Shown: positions 12,301-21,646, counted from the whole stretch's first letter. The stretch: 61,712 nucleotides of DNA, filler included, from Candidatus Babelota bacterium (GCA_017999075.1; 10 parts of 10 records of this genome joined end to end with filler, not necessarily neighbours in it); one strand, 5' to 3'. Notes: generated from the letters alone by a model not told the origin. Made by a program: numbers and translations.

Positions 12301-15300
12301 CTTTTAGTTAATTGGCAGTCGGTATCTACAATGAAATCTATAAATTCAGAGGATATATTTGGAAATGGAATTTTAACAGATACAACTTCTGCTGATTCAT
12401 GGATATTGAATTTCAGCAATGTTACAGGAAGATATGATACTTATGCAGTAATCAGTGCTGTAAACTATCAAAATAGAGTAGATACAGTTTTGATTAATTT
12501 TATTGCAGACACATATTCTCCGGCAGTAAGTTTGATTACCCCTGCTGATACGTATTATTCAAATGTCAGCGGAATATATTTTAACTGGAATAATGCTTCT
12601 GACGACAAATCAGGAACCAAATATTATCTGCTTCAAATTTCAACTGTCAGCAATTTTTCTGTAATTGACAGTTCTGTTATATTAACGGACACTACAGGAT
12701 ATTATGGTTCATTTTCAGAAGGGATATATTATTGGCGTGTAAAACTTGCTGATAGAGTAAATAATTTAAGTTCTGACACTGAATCAGTGAGCAGAATTTT
12801 TTCTGTTGATATGACTAAACCTGTAATTTCAGGAATTTATGTTTATACAGTAAATCAGGCTGATTCAGGGTATTTATACAGAAATGGATTATTATCGTCA
12901 TTAGAAGAAGATACTATTTGGCTAAATTCAAATTTTTCAATATCGGAAAGAATGGATATTGTATGGACAGATTTGAATAAAGATAGCGTTGCTGGTTCGA
13001 ATATATTTGGAACAGCTCCGGTTGATACGTCTTCTGCAGATTCATGGATATTGAACTATACAAGTAATGTAAAATTCGGAGACACAATAATTATAGTTTC
13101 TGCTTATGATAAAAATGGCAATACAGATACTGCCAAAATTAATTTTAGAGAAGATATAAGCGCGCCTTCAACTCCTGTTTTAACTTCTCCTGCAAACATG
13201 ACATATATAAATTCAGATACGAATTTAGTATGGAACCAGTCTTCAGATACTCAATCAGGATTCAAACATTATAAACTCGAGATATTTGATACGTATGCAG
13301 TAAACCAGTCTGAACCTATATATTCTGTAATTACGTCAAGTTTAAGCGTTCAGCTTCCAGTATATTCTCTTGAAGCCAATACTTACTGCTGGCGGGTTAT
13401 TGCATATGACAATGTAAACAATTTTGATACAAGCGTTGCATATAATACTTTTGTAATTCAAAATAAAGTTCCGGTAATTACAAATATAATATTAACAAGT
13501 TCACAGATGAACAATCTTGCTTTTGCCGGAAGAATAAATCAGGATTATAAATTAAATGTTGATGAAGATACGGTTTATTACAGTAATTTTGCAAGTTCTT
13601 CAAATATCACCTTGAATTTTTGCATAACCTGGTCAAATGGAGATACTATATATTATGATACTTTATACTACAATTCCGGATTTGCAACTTCTTCCGGTTA
13701 TGTTACTGATACTTCTACCTCCACTACTCAGTCTAATACAATAACATATACAATAACAAGAAATGTAAATTATCCGGATACAAAAATAATAATTGCTGTT
13801 TATGATAAAACTGATGGGGATTCTGATTTTGCAGTAATAAACATAGCTGCTGACACGAAAGTTGATAATGTAACTCTTGTTTATCCGACCGATGATTATT
13901 GCACATCAAATTTGAAACCTTTATTTAAATGGAATTCTGTGACTTCTGAAAAGTATGGAGTATCAGGATATTATTTGAAAATATGTTCAAATACTCAATT
14001 TAAAACTTTTGAACAATCTGTTTTCACTACGGATACAAACTATACTTTACTGACAAATTTATCAGAAGGAAAACATTATTGGACTGTATTGGCAGCGGAT
14101 ACTTTAGGAAATATTTCAGATACTTTATCGTCAAGTTTTGTTTATGACACCATAATAATAGACTCTACTCCTCCTTCAATAGATTTTGTTTATATAAAAT
14201 CATCGTCTCCTGAATATTTGTATTACAATAACCAGACGTTTAATCAACCGTTAAATATTTCAAATAAACGTTCTGAAAATGTTTATATTAATGGAAATCA
14301 TTCAATGAATTTAGTTTTAAATGCTGCGTTTGACGATAACAATCCTGAAAAAATAATATTTGGAAAATGTTATGAAAACAGTGATTCGGTTTATTTTACA
14401 TCATATCAGGATACCTGTTATTATCTCAGCATAGGAACAAGTAAAGGAGATACTCAAATATTGATAACTGTTTATGATAAATCTGGATTGACAGATACAG
14501 TTTTGATTGTTATTAAAGAGGATAAAATAGTTACATATTTACCTTCTCTGGAATTACCTGAAAATTTAGCGCAGGAAGTACAGTTCGACACATATTTTGT
14601 TTGGTCGTCTGATGCTGACGAATTATCAGGGATATCATATTTCCGAGTTTATGCAGATACTGAAGGAACATTTGCTGCACCTTATTCTATAGATACAACT
14701 TCATTTATAATAAGAACAAGCGATTTGATACAGGAATCATCTTTACAAACAGGAGATTCGGTTTACTGGAAAGTTGAAACATTTGATAAAGTCGGAAATT
14801 CACGTATGAGTTCTGCAAGAAGTTATAGAGTTAGAACAGATTTTACTCCTCCTTATTATAGTGATGAAAAACCAGAAAATAATTCAATGCCCAATAATTC
14901 CGCTTCAATAATATCTTTGAAATATAATGACTTGAACGGTGTGGATACAAGATATGTAAAATTATATGTTAACAGCGCAGATGTAACTTCGTTGTCGACT
15001 GTAACAGCAACTTCGATATCTTTTGAAACTTCGGGAATTTATCCGCATGGAGAAAAAGTATATGTTATGGCGATACTTGGCGATATTTATAACAATACCA
15101 CTACAGTTCAATGGTCGTTCACTCCAATTTACAAAAATGTCTCTGCCGATATATTGAAACCTGACGATAATCATAATACTTCAACAAGAATTATAAATGT
15201 TTCTGGAACTGCCGGAGCAGTAAAAACCGGAAATAAATTATTGGTTTATTTAAATGATGTTAATGTAAATACTGTTTCATTGACTGCCGATGCTTCATTG

Positions 15301-18300
15301 AACGCAACATGGAGCTCTACTGTTTCATTAACAGGTTATGGCGATAAAATCAGAGTAAGCGTTAATGATACTTTTGGAAGAAATGCGCAGGATACAATAA
15401 TTGTAAACTATTTTGAATCAATAGGGATAAATATAACATCTCCAGCAGATAATTATGATACTTTGGTTGGCGGCATAATTATCAGCGGGACAGTTAAAGG
15501 TGTAAATTCTGGAGATTCTGTGGTTTTATTAAGAAACGGATTAAATTATGATGTATATACATTTGTGAGTCATACAGATACTTTGTGGGCAATTTATACC
15601 GAATTGCCTTCGCAGAATGTTATATTCACTGCGAGGTTGAACAGCAGTTTGTTCGGACAAAACATAGCTTCTGTTTCTATAACTGCAAGCTATATTGATA
15701 CTCCATCTGTTGAAATTCAGTCGCCTGTAAATAATTATGACACAAAATCGTCATCATTAATTTTTAGCGGAACTACATACAACACACTCTCTAATGATGA
15801 GGCAATTATTTATCTTAACGGAACCTCAGTATTAAACTGGAATATTGACTCGAAAAATGGAAGCTGGTCGAAAACATTGAATTTGTCAGGAAAATCCGAC
15901 GTTGTTTCAATTTATGTAACTGATGCTTTTGGCAGAACAGGATGCGATACTGCGATAGTATCATACTACAAAATCCCTGAAATAGAAATAAAACTTCCTT
16001 CTTCTAATTCATGCACTACATTACAGTCAGTAACGGTTTCAGGAACAAGTTTGTATAGTTCTGTGAACGATACAGTAATAATTTATAAAAATGGTGTTGT
16101 ACATTCAAATTATATTATAACAGAAAATAACGGCAGTTGGTCAGGAACTGTAAGTTTGAGTTCATCAAATGATACAATTTTAGTAAAAATTACTGATAAA
16201 TTCAGCCAGTCAAGTTATGATACTATATTTTTGAATTATCTTAATATAACAAGTTTTTCTGAGAATGAAATTATAAATGTTTATGAAGATTTAACAACTC
16301 AAATACAGGTTGTATCGACAGAAAAAATAAGTAATTCTATTTGGTCAGTTAATTCCGGGTCAAATATATCTGTATCAGTTTTAGAAGGTGAAACAGATTA
16401 TATTTCAATAACTCCTAAATTTGATTTTACAGGGACAGAGACTTTGGTCTTAACGTTAAGATATTATCCTGATTTAGGTAATTTAGCTGAATATTTTGTG
16501 GATACAGTTCAGCTGAGCGTCAATGTAATGAATACTAACGATACTCCTTATTTCATAACTGAAATGCCGGATACTTTTGTTAATGTAACAAAATTATTTT
16601 GGTTAAAAGTTATTGGAACTGATACGGATGCAAATTCGATGACATTCAGTTTCAATGGTTCGGTACCGTCTGGAATGACTGTAAACCGTGTTGACGATAC
16701 GTCTGCTATAATTCAATGGACCCCATCTTCTCAACAGGTTGATTCATATTTTATAAATATCAAAGTTTCTGATAATTATGGTTATTATTCTCAGAAATTA
16801 TTTAAAATAACAGTTAATAGGCCTACGGTAATAATATCTTCACCGAATAATCTTGACTGCACCACAGTAAAAGAAGTAAAAATAAGCGGAATTACTGTAA
16901 ACAGTTCAAATAATGACGATATTAAAATTTATAAAAACAACGTGTTGCAGTCAAGAGTCAAATTGACTGCAGATAATGGCGAGTGGTCAGGTACTGTTTC
17001 TTTAAGTTCGCGAGCTGATTCCGTAAGAGTGGAAATAATTAATAGAACAACTTCAGTTTTATATTATGCAGATACAATAACATTGAATTATCTTGATATT
17101 TTAAATGATACAGTTTTATTGACTGAAGATTCGGCAGGAATTTTTATATTATCTTCTACTGAATCATCGGAATATGTTGAATGGTCAGTACTACCCGGGA
17201 AATATCAGACTGTCAAAATTATTGAAGGAACCGCAGATTATGTTATAGATACTCCCTGCATTGATTGTATAGGATATGACACATTATTATTAACTGCAAC
17301 TTATTTTCCAGATAGCCCTTTACGTACAAGAAGTATTTCCGATTCCAAAATTATTAACGTTATAATTCAGAATGTTAATGATAAACCGTATTTTACAAGT
17401 TCTGCGTCATTGAAGAATATAGAAGTAAGTATGTTATATACTTATTTAATTACAGCTTCAGATACGGATAATGATAAATTGACTTTCGATTTTTATATAA
17501 ATCTGAATAATGCATCGATAACTAAAATAAGTGATACGTCTGCGGTTTTGGAATGGACGCCAGATAAAAATCAGGTTGGAGTTCAGCCGGTTTCTGTCAG
17601 GGTTACAGATATAAACGGAGCGTATTCTATACAAACTTATAATGTTTTAGTTGAACCAAGGACATTGCCTGTATATAATATAAATTCTCCAGTTGCAAAC
17701 AATAATACATTAGAGTTAAACTGGACAAGAACTTCGGATACGGATATTGTGTATTATTATATTTATTCGGCAGATTATGACAGCGGTATAGGTTCAATAG
17801 ATGTTGCCAAGCCGTTAGATACAGTCCCTGCGTCAGTTAATTCCATAACTTTGAATAATATATTGAAAACAGGTGTTGAACAAATGATTACGGTTTTACC
17901 TGTAGATAAAAATGGTATAACAGCAGATATTAACGACGGAGGTTTTATAGTTGTTAAACCTGAACTTGATAATAATTGTCTCGTAGAATCAAAAATCAAT
18001 TTTATAAATGGATTTAAAGTATCAGGAGATTTTCTTAAAGTTGAATCGTTTTTAGTTAAAGGAAATGTTGAGAAAATGTCGTCGATAGTTTTTGAATATA
18101 GGAAAACTGGCGATACTAAATGGGAAACTATGGCGGTTGTATCAGGTTCAAATGTAAGCAATCCAATCAAAAATGTTAAAAATATAACAGAAAACGGTTT
18201 GTCTATAAATTGGAATATTTCACAATTTAACGAAGGTTCGTATCAGATTCGGACTGTTGCAACTGATGTCAATAATCTTGTTGAACAAAACCCTATGGCA

Positions 18301-19269
18301 ATAGTGATTTATATAATTAAAAATAATCAGGCGGCAGATTATTATTCTTATAAAGAAAACGGCGCTGAAGTTATAAGCCAGACAATTTTTGCCGGACTTG
18401 CGGGAGACAACAAAATAAACATTTTTACAGAATCTGAGAATAAAATTGATAAATCTACTATTGTATCAAGCGTTAAAGTTTCTATTCCTGGAGACTATGT
18501 TGATACAGGCAATAATCAGAAAATAGTAATAACTTTATTAACTCCTGAAATAATTGAAACAGTTAATTCAAATATCAAAGATCCTTTCGGTGAAAAAATT
18601 GTGGGAAATAATATTGTAGTTCTTGATACGATACCGTATAACTCTTTGGTTAGTTTAAATAATCTTATTGCGGAAGGACAGGAAAGCAGGTTAAATAAAG
18701 AAGCTAATGTTATAATTGATTATCCTGATAAAAATAACGATGGCTGGATAGATAATATTAATTCTCCGGTTCCGGTAAGAGAAGAATGGCTTGCCGTATG
18801 GTATCGTGAAAATATTTCTGAAGAATGGAAGATTTATAATATGGAAAAAGTCAAATTCGATTATGAAAAAAATACTGTAAATATCAGCGTTTCGCATTTT
18901 ACAATGTATGCTTTGTTTACCATGTCTGAAGCTATGAATATGAATAATTCAATTGATAATGTTGTCGTATATCCTAATCCGTATATTCCTAATGGAGCTA
19001 ATCCTAAACAAGGGAAGCCATATACTTCCAGCGATCCTGTTTCAGGAATTATATTTAACGGAATCAATGACGGAACAAAAATAGAAGTGTTTACTTTACG
19101 CGGAAAACTTGTTTGGGATGCAGTAGTTGATAATGCTGCTGCAGTTAATTGGAAATGCAGGTGGAATGTTAAAAATAATTCCGGAGAAGATGTTGCATCA
19201 GGATGGTATTTGTATGTTATTAATAAAAACGGAAATAGGAAAACAGGAAAAATTGCGGTTATTAGATAA
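6397..19269 (+). CDS. Giant secreted protein with two clostripain (peptidase C11) domains, Ig/FN3/cadherin-like repeats and a C-terminal FlgD/T9SS-like domain
   Basis: Signal peptide; WTFMVY.D.DN.LE, NHGGGW and GFDVCL each occur twice; cadherin-like NVNDKPYF and NTNDTPYF; ends VVVYPNPY..SGWYLYVI..TGKIAVIR. Confidence 0.88.
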   Translation: MINYKPTFMRFFLIIILILFNFSVLIFADTIQINKNTDISTGKIYGGNVNFVVMSLNLTLSGGSAVADTITQFAIKNNGTMVNSTDVSKLSLWYDAGTTNYWDAGDTKIGDLSWNGVSSMWDTANCAIPLFPSVTTKIIITITIDTNSVIGRTFNAQIPKEMIVCLSGDTGPASNLINSGTQTVSLLQLEMEKLEDIASGYIYPSSANNTVMALSISGAANVTDTVVLFSLKNLGNMDNNDVDTVSLWYDSNGNNQWNSGDVYINSLTWQGSGVWSSNSVNIVMTSGSAKVLVTVTMKSGLTVGDTLQLQIITGSCSASIAGTGPVTSITNSGIKTASAGKKWTFMVYLDGDNNLEEDGVTDFTEMASVGSNDDFNIVVQFDRITGYSTLHGDWKNTQRFYVTAGMDPTTANAISDWGDGSGGGREVNMADTQVFVDFLNWTKNNYPADSYVLVMWNHGGGWRSRSAGSSQRNKAVVWDESTAGEPRIRMSDMRRAIEQTGMKFDIIGFDVCLAGMIEVAYELKDLAKVVVASPLTEPGGGWPYTEILTYLKNNPTTTSAAFGSTIVDEYNNSYPSGPVTQSAYNIGNINTFTALIDDFSEKLMAANIWADIKTQRTAMVESSDPITGTLGEMDDGDDGTNSANTGIDLKAFAAALSGKEANLTTSITNLSNGFSNFIINFKSRDTSNHNGLAIFFPRLINNPTHKYSMKFGQASKWDEFLRMYWSNETGKGPYNLSMTPLSDSSITGNYYVGWSGAKDANGINKYRLKEYKDAQILFIDNAENGLSGWTNTGFSVTDRYKNSGTYSFASGEGYSTTKKITKSISLPAGKNYLLTYWIYNDAGGDAVSVKVNSSSKKSYSVNTISEPLETVDLSSYAGQTITLEFSVVFDNSLGWDGEGVFIDDINIWSYVSVSTVADTISSASDSIYLTGKTPDAYMYTIAASDGTNWSNEYGFDTTVVVGLNIDTLGIIVSDSIMRTQQNITVSGVSVKTGLSSDVLTKFSVKNLGSVSSSDIDNMKLWFDSDNNSQYSTGDTYIGILSWNAGLSQWDTQSAVIRLVSGSANLIVTIDVNSIADVGETFQAQVPVNGITSQSLGDGPSTVKTEKAVKTVINLNFSLTKMYDAPTAKILPGAQNVTVLSVRATGSNPVDTITQFALKNIGNMNNVQIDSVALWFDANGNLTYDAADTYIGLLGWNAGLSCWDTGISGTSKIVLTSGAANIIVTICVDTPAAVQGDSFQANIEINCCTAELSGFGPSTAILNSGIKTVSTGKAWTFMVYMDADNDLEPSILADLVEMYSVGSNDDLNIVAQMDRITGYDGTSGDWINTQRFYVTSGLTPTTENAISDWGDGSGGREVNMADSMVMVDFVNWAISNYPAEKYALVVSNHGGGWRSKRSAADKSSKTRALIWDDSADGAPGMKMPDFRRALEKIGKKFDLIGFDVCLAGMAEVAYEIKDYAEVIVASQRTEPGSGYPYDAILTTLKTNAQTYTAEQLGTLIVDEYYNSTSGDNSTQAAYRTSRMSNLKTAIDNFADAICSANIWSEIRTARETIASNANGENEEMDDGDDDGDNSGIDLYHFAELLSATSNAGVNSAASNLKNEISQFLIRFKKHYTTSDYANPGPDWNGIAIFLPNENYNPVHDKAIAFGRDSSWTKFLRYYRTSMDGSGAGEPIELIMNPIQDLVADAAVTVEWYSAYDGNGLLNYRLTQFKGVDLLFSENFENGIGNWTNSGFGLTTLYKMSGSSYSLSSGTGYNTDNSITLTNSISLPAGKNIMLTYWNYNDFAYDGSNFYDSGTIQVSTDNGASWTGVKSIVTGKYVSEDYDAVDISAYSGQNIKVKIVFKTDNVLGWDGEGMFLDDIKIWSYTDKTTVADTIGNGTLLFTVTDLSNDTYMFTLEAEDVNNNMSNPVGYDTVVVLVALDTPIINSVLINNHTGGIYAIDSPVITADSSTNSGTVYFNGNTSNTLKLLVNWQSVSTMKSINSEDIFGNGILTDTTSADSWILNFSNVTGRYDTYAVISAVNYQNRVDTVLINFIADTYSPAVSLITPADTYYSNVSGIYFNWNNASDDKSGTKYYLLQISTVSNFSVIDSSVILTDTTGYYGSFSEGIYYWRVKLADRVNNLSSDTESVSRIFSVDMTKPVISGIYVYTVNQADSGYLYRNGLLSSLEEDTIWLNSNFSISERMDIVWTDLNKDSVAGSNIFGTAPVDTSSADSWILNYTSNVKFGDTIIIVSAYDKNGNTDTAKINFREDISAPSTPVLTSPANMTYINSDTNLVWNQSSDTQSGFKHYKLEIFDTYAVNQSEPIYSVITSSLSVQLPVYSLEANTYCWRVIAYDNVNNFDTSVAYNTFVIQNKVPVITNIILTSSQMNNLAFAGRINQDYKLNVDEDTVYYSNFASSSNITLNFCITWSNGDTIYYDTLYYNSGFATSSGYVTDTSTSTTQSNTITYTITRNVNYPDTKIIIAVYDKTDGDSDFAVINIAADTKVDNVTLVYPTDDYCTSNLKPLFKWNSVTSEKYGVSGYYLKICSNTQFKTFEQSVFTTDTNYTLLTNLSEGKHYWTVLAADTLGNISDTLSSSFVYDTIIIDSTPPSIDFVYIKSSSPEYLYYNNQTFNQPLNISNKRSENVYINGNHSMNLVLNAAFDDNNPEKIIFGKCYENSDSVYFTSYQDTCYYLSIGTSKGDTQILITVYDKSGLTDTVLIVIKEDKIVTYLPSLELPENLAQEVQFDTYFVWSSDADELSGISYFRVYADTEGTFAAPYSIDTTSFIIRTSDLIQESSLQTGDSVYWKVETFDKVGNSRMSSARSYRVRTDFTPPYYSDEKPENNSMPNNSASIISLKYNDLNGVDTRYVKLYVNSADVTSLSTVTATSISFETSGIYPHGEKVYVMAILGDIYNNTTTVQWSFTPIYKNVSADILKPDDNHNTSTRIINVSGTAGAVKTGNKLLVYLNDVNVNTVSLTADASLNATWSSTVSLTGYGDKIRVSVNDTFGRNAQDTIIVNYFESIGINITSPADNYDTLVGGIIISGTVKGVNSGDSVVLLRNGLNYDVYTFVSHTDTLWAIYTELPSQNVIFTARLNSSLFGQNIASVSITASYIDTPSVEIQSPVNNYDTKSSSLIFSGTTYNTLSNDEAIIYLNGTSVLNWNIDSKNGSWSKTLNLSGKSDVVSIYVTDAFGRTGCDTAIVSYYKIPEIEIKLPSSNSCTTLQSVTVSGTSLYSSVNDTVIIYKNGVVHSNYIITENNGSWSGTVSLSSSNDTILVKITDKFSQSSYDTIFLNYLNITSFSENEIINVYEDLTTQIQVVSTEKISNSIWSVNSGSNISVSVLEGETDYISITPKFDFTGTETLVLTLRYYPDLGNLAEYFVDTVQLSVNVMNTNDTPYFITEMPDTFVNVTKLFWLKVIGTDTDANSMTFSFNGSVPSGMTVNRVDDTSAIIQWTPSSQQVDSYFINIKVSDNYGYYSQKLFKITVNRPTVIISSPNNLDCTTVKEVKISGITVNSSNNDDIKIYKNNVLQSRVKLTADNGEWSGTVSLSSRADSVRVEIINRTTSVLYYADTITLNYLDILNDTVLLTEDSAGIFILSSTESSEYVEWSVLPGKYQTVKIIEGTADYVIDTPCIDCIGYDTLLLTATYFPDSPLRTRSISDSKIINVIIQNVNDKPYFTSSASLKNIEVSMLYTYLITASDTDNDKLTFDFYINLNNASITKISDTSAVLEWTPDKNQVGVQPVSVRVTDINGAYSIQTYNVLVEPRTLPVYNINSPVANNNTLELNWTRTSDTDIVYYYIYSADYDSGIGSIDVAKPLDTVPASVNSITLNNILKTGVEQMITVLPVDKNGITADINDGGFIVVKPELDNNCLVESKINFINGFKVSGDFLKVESFLVKGNVEKMSSIVFEYRKTGDTKWETMAVVSGSNVSNPIKNVKNITENGLSINWNISQFNEGSYQIRTVATDVNNLVEQNPMAIVIYIIKNNQAADYYSYKENGAEVISQTIFAGLAGDNKINIFTESENKIDKSTIVSSVKVSIPGDYVDTGNNQKIVITLLTPEIIETVNSNIKDPFGEKIVGNNIVVLDTIPYNSLVSLNNLIAEGQESRLNKEANVIIDYPDKNNDGWIDNINSPVPVREEWLAVWYRENISEEWKIYNMEKVKFDYEKNTVNISVSHFTMYALFTMSEAMNMNNSIDNVVVYPNPYIPNGANPKQGKPYTSSDPVSGIIFNGINDGTKIEVFTLRGKLVWDAVVDNAAAVNWKCRWNVKNNSGEDVASGWYLYVINKNGNRKTGKIAVIR

Positions 19270-19344
19270 TTCGGGTTTTATGTTATAAATCAATGGTTAG
19301 CGTAAAATCAGGATTAATTTAAATAAATTGTGAAAGGACTTTTT

Positions 19345-19599
19345 ATGAAAAAAATCAGTTTAATATTTATAATAAACTTTTTTATTTATTCTGTAGTTTT
19401 TGCTTCTGGTTTTGGAACAAAAACAAGTGAATTTTTGAATTTGGGAGTCGGCGCCAGAGCATTAGGAATGAGTTCGGCATATACTGCAGCAGATGAAGAT
19501 GTGTATTCTGCATACTGGAATCCTGCAGGACTTGCTTCTTTGCAGTCAAGCCAAATTGCATTTATGCATAATAGTCTGCCCGAACGTATTTCTCAGGAT
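19345..19599 (+). CDS. PorV/PorQ-family outer-membrane protein N-terminus (truncated)
   Basis: Signal peptide then FLNLGVGARALGMSSAYTA..AYWNPAGLA. Confidence 0.8.
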
Positions 19600-19772
19600 N
19601 NNNNNNNNNNNNNNNNNNNNNNNNNNNNNNNNNNNNNNNNNNNTTAATTAATTAANNNNNNNNNNNNNNNNNNNNNNNNNNNNNNNNNNNNNNNNNNNNG
19701 GCGTATACTCCTGAAAGTGATATTCCGCTGCTGAAATAGGTTTCTCACCTAGTTAATAAATGGAGGAAACGA

Positions 19773-19964
19773 ATGAATACAATGATATTAACACAAAATG
19801 AAATTAAACGTCAAGGATTTAATGCGCTGCAAAAGAATCTTGGGATAAGCGGTTTTATTAAATTTATCCAACAGTTCGATTTAGGCGACGGTGATTATAC
19901 AAAAGAACGGAAAAAAATTGTAAAAAAGAAAACTGTAGTGGAAATTGTTAAAGAAATTAGATAG
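19773..19964 (+). CDS. Small protein resembling PIN-toxin-associated antitoxin-like proteins
   Basis: GGAGG RBS; EIKRQGFNAL..LG...IKFIQQF..GDGDYTKER pattern. Confidence 0.55.
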   Translation: MNTMILTQNEIKRQGFNALQKNLGISGFIKFIQQFDLGDGDYTKERKKIVKKKTVVEIVKEIR

Positions 19965-20011
19965 AAATTTGTTATTTCAAAATCACATTTCAGATTTTTT
20001 AATTAGTATAA

Positions 20012-20256
20012 TTCCGATATAGATTTTAATCTAATCGGAAATCACTAACCGGAATCCGTAATTGTTTTAGCAGTCCTCCGGGTATCCGGTGGTGCGGAAG
20101 GCAACCCGACAGCCTCCTTCACCGTTGTTCCTACTGCCGCAGCGCAAAACACGGCTAGAGCCGGATTGCGAACCTTTTGGATTACTTTTCGGACTGTTTT
20201 TATAATAATTTTTCGTCATACCAATCCTGGCACCATTCCAATACATTACCGCTCAT
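20012..20256 (-). pseudogene. Decayed copy of the FGE/CLec 3' end of gene 21868-24198 (orphan VR-like cassette)
   Basis: Reads MSGNVLEWCQDWYDE(fs)YYKNSPKSNPKGSQSGSSRVLRCGSRNNGEGGCRVAFRTTGYPEDC*NNYGFR; aligns to 21852-22104 including sequence past the stop. Confidence 0.85.
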
Positions 20257-20299
20257 TAGGAACTTTTATTCTGCAATTTTTCCACTTTTTTTCCATTAT

Positions 20300-21613
20300 C
20301 TACTCTACAATTTTATTTATTGCCCATTTCCAATATGGTACACATATTACTGTATAATCCTCAATTTTCTTCAATTCTTCCTGAGATTTGGTTATAATAA
20401 AACCTTTTTTTAATTTGAATTTTTTCAGCGCTTCAAGCAGTCCTGTTATTTCACGGACTTCGTTATTTCTATTCAATTCATAACATACTTGATAAGCGCT
20501 ATCGATTTTTTTATTTTTACCTGTAATAAAATCACATTCTCTTGATTTATCATTTTTATAATAAAAGATTTTATTTTCGCGCTTAAGCAATTCTAAAAAC
20601 ACTGCATTTTCAAGTTTTCTGCCTGCATTTTCATTCTCGCTGAATTCTGCAATATTTATGAAACCATTGTCAGCAATATAAATTTTTTTTGACATATACT
20701 GCTCCGATGTCTTCAATGAATATTTCCCTGCAAAATATAAAAACCCTATATCTTCAAGATATGAAAAATAATCAAATACTGTGTCCTTGCTTAAACTGTA
20801 TTCTTTTTTATATTTGTTTATAAATGAATTAACTGAAAATTCACAGGCGTAATTGGTAAGCACATAATGCATAATCAGTTTTATTATATGCGTATTCCTT
20901 ATCGCGTAGCGTTCGACTATATCCTTGAAGATTATCATATCAAGATAATCCTTCAACCGCTCGTTTTTCTGGTGTATATCGTATTCCATTGTAACCGCAG
21001 GAAATCCGCCAAACCGAATGAATTCGTTTGCTCTTTTAACTATTCCAAACCGCGCTGTTGAGTATTCGCTGTTCTTTTCAATAACGCTGTTATTGAATTT
21101 CAGAAATTCATCGAAACTAAGCGGATATATTTTATAAGTGACTATTCTGCCGCGTAATTCGGTTGCTATCTCTGAACTCAGTAATCTGCTCGATGACCCT
21201 GTTATAGTTATCCTGTATTTCTTTTTTTCATATAACCGTTTTATAAACAATCCCCATTTATCAAGATTCTGTATTTCGTCAAAAAAAATATATAACTGCC
21301 TGCTGATATTTTCAGGAAATAATTCATAATACGCTTCAATTATCGAATCGTAACCGTTCGCGCTGCTGTTTAAATTTATAAGACGCTCGTCGTCAAAGTT
21401 GATATACAATATCTGATTTATATTTGTCCTGCCTTTCAGCAACTTCCTTATTTCCGTAAACAGCAGGTATGTCTTACCGCTTCTACGCAGTCCGATAATT
21501 GTGTTTATTTCGTTAGTGTAACGCAACGCCGTATTTCGTTCATATACCTTTTCGCTGAAATTCTTTATGTTTTCCTGCCACTCAACGATAATTCTTTTTA
21601 AATTTTCTTTCAT
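20300..21613 (-). CDS. AAA+ ATPase, AAA_14 + DUF4143 family
   Basis: GLRRSGKT Walker A, FFDEIQN Walker B, ITGSSS, GGFP, KKIYIADNG, ENAVFLEL..ECDF. Confidence 0.92.
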   Translation of the reverse strand: MKENLKRIIVEWQENIKNFSEKVYERNTALRYTNEINTIIGLRRSGKTYLLFTEIRKLLKGRTNINQILYINFDDERLINLNSSANGYDSIIEAYYELFPENISRQLYIFFDEIQNLDKWGLFIKRLYEKKKYRITITGSSSRLLSSEIATELRGRIVTYKIYPLSFDEFLKFNNSVIEKNSEYSTARFGIVKRANEFIRFGGFPAVTMEYDIHQKNERLKDYLDMIIFKDIVERYAIRNTHIIKLIMHYVLTNYACEFSVNSFINKYKKEYSLSKDTVFDYFSYLEDIGFLYFAGKYSLKTSEQYMSKKIYIADNGFINIAEFSENENAGRKLENAVFLELLKRENKIFYYKNDKSRECDFITGKNKKIDSAYQVCYELNRNNEVREITGLLEALKKFKLKKGFIITKSQEELKKIEDYTVICVPYWKWAINKIVE

Positions 21614-21646
21614 TACATAACCGCCAATAAAATAATTTTATATCCT

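Noticed and set aside
6696-19067. Short antisense ORFs inside long genes here and elsewhere (e.g. 28276-28782, 32115-32588, 37687-38136, 51199-51642)
   Set aside because: Shadow frames of well-supported genes with no recognisable motifs.
20012-20256. The decayed copy as the functional DGR template repeat
   Set aside because: Some differences are A in the copy (AGT, AAC AAC), but many are not (TTC/AGC, CGG/CGT, TGC/GGC, GAG/TCG). It also has indels, lacks AAC runs and carries the target-type hairpin.
20166-20413. Plus-strand ORFs 20166-20357 and 20177-20413
   Set aside because: They are antisense to the FGE remnant and the ATPase end, with no independent support.
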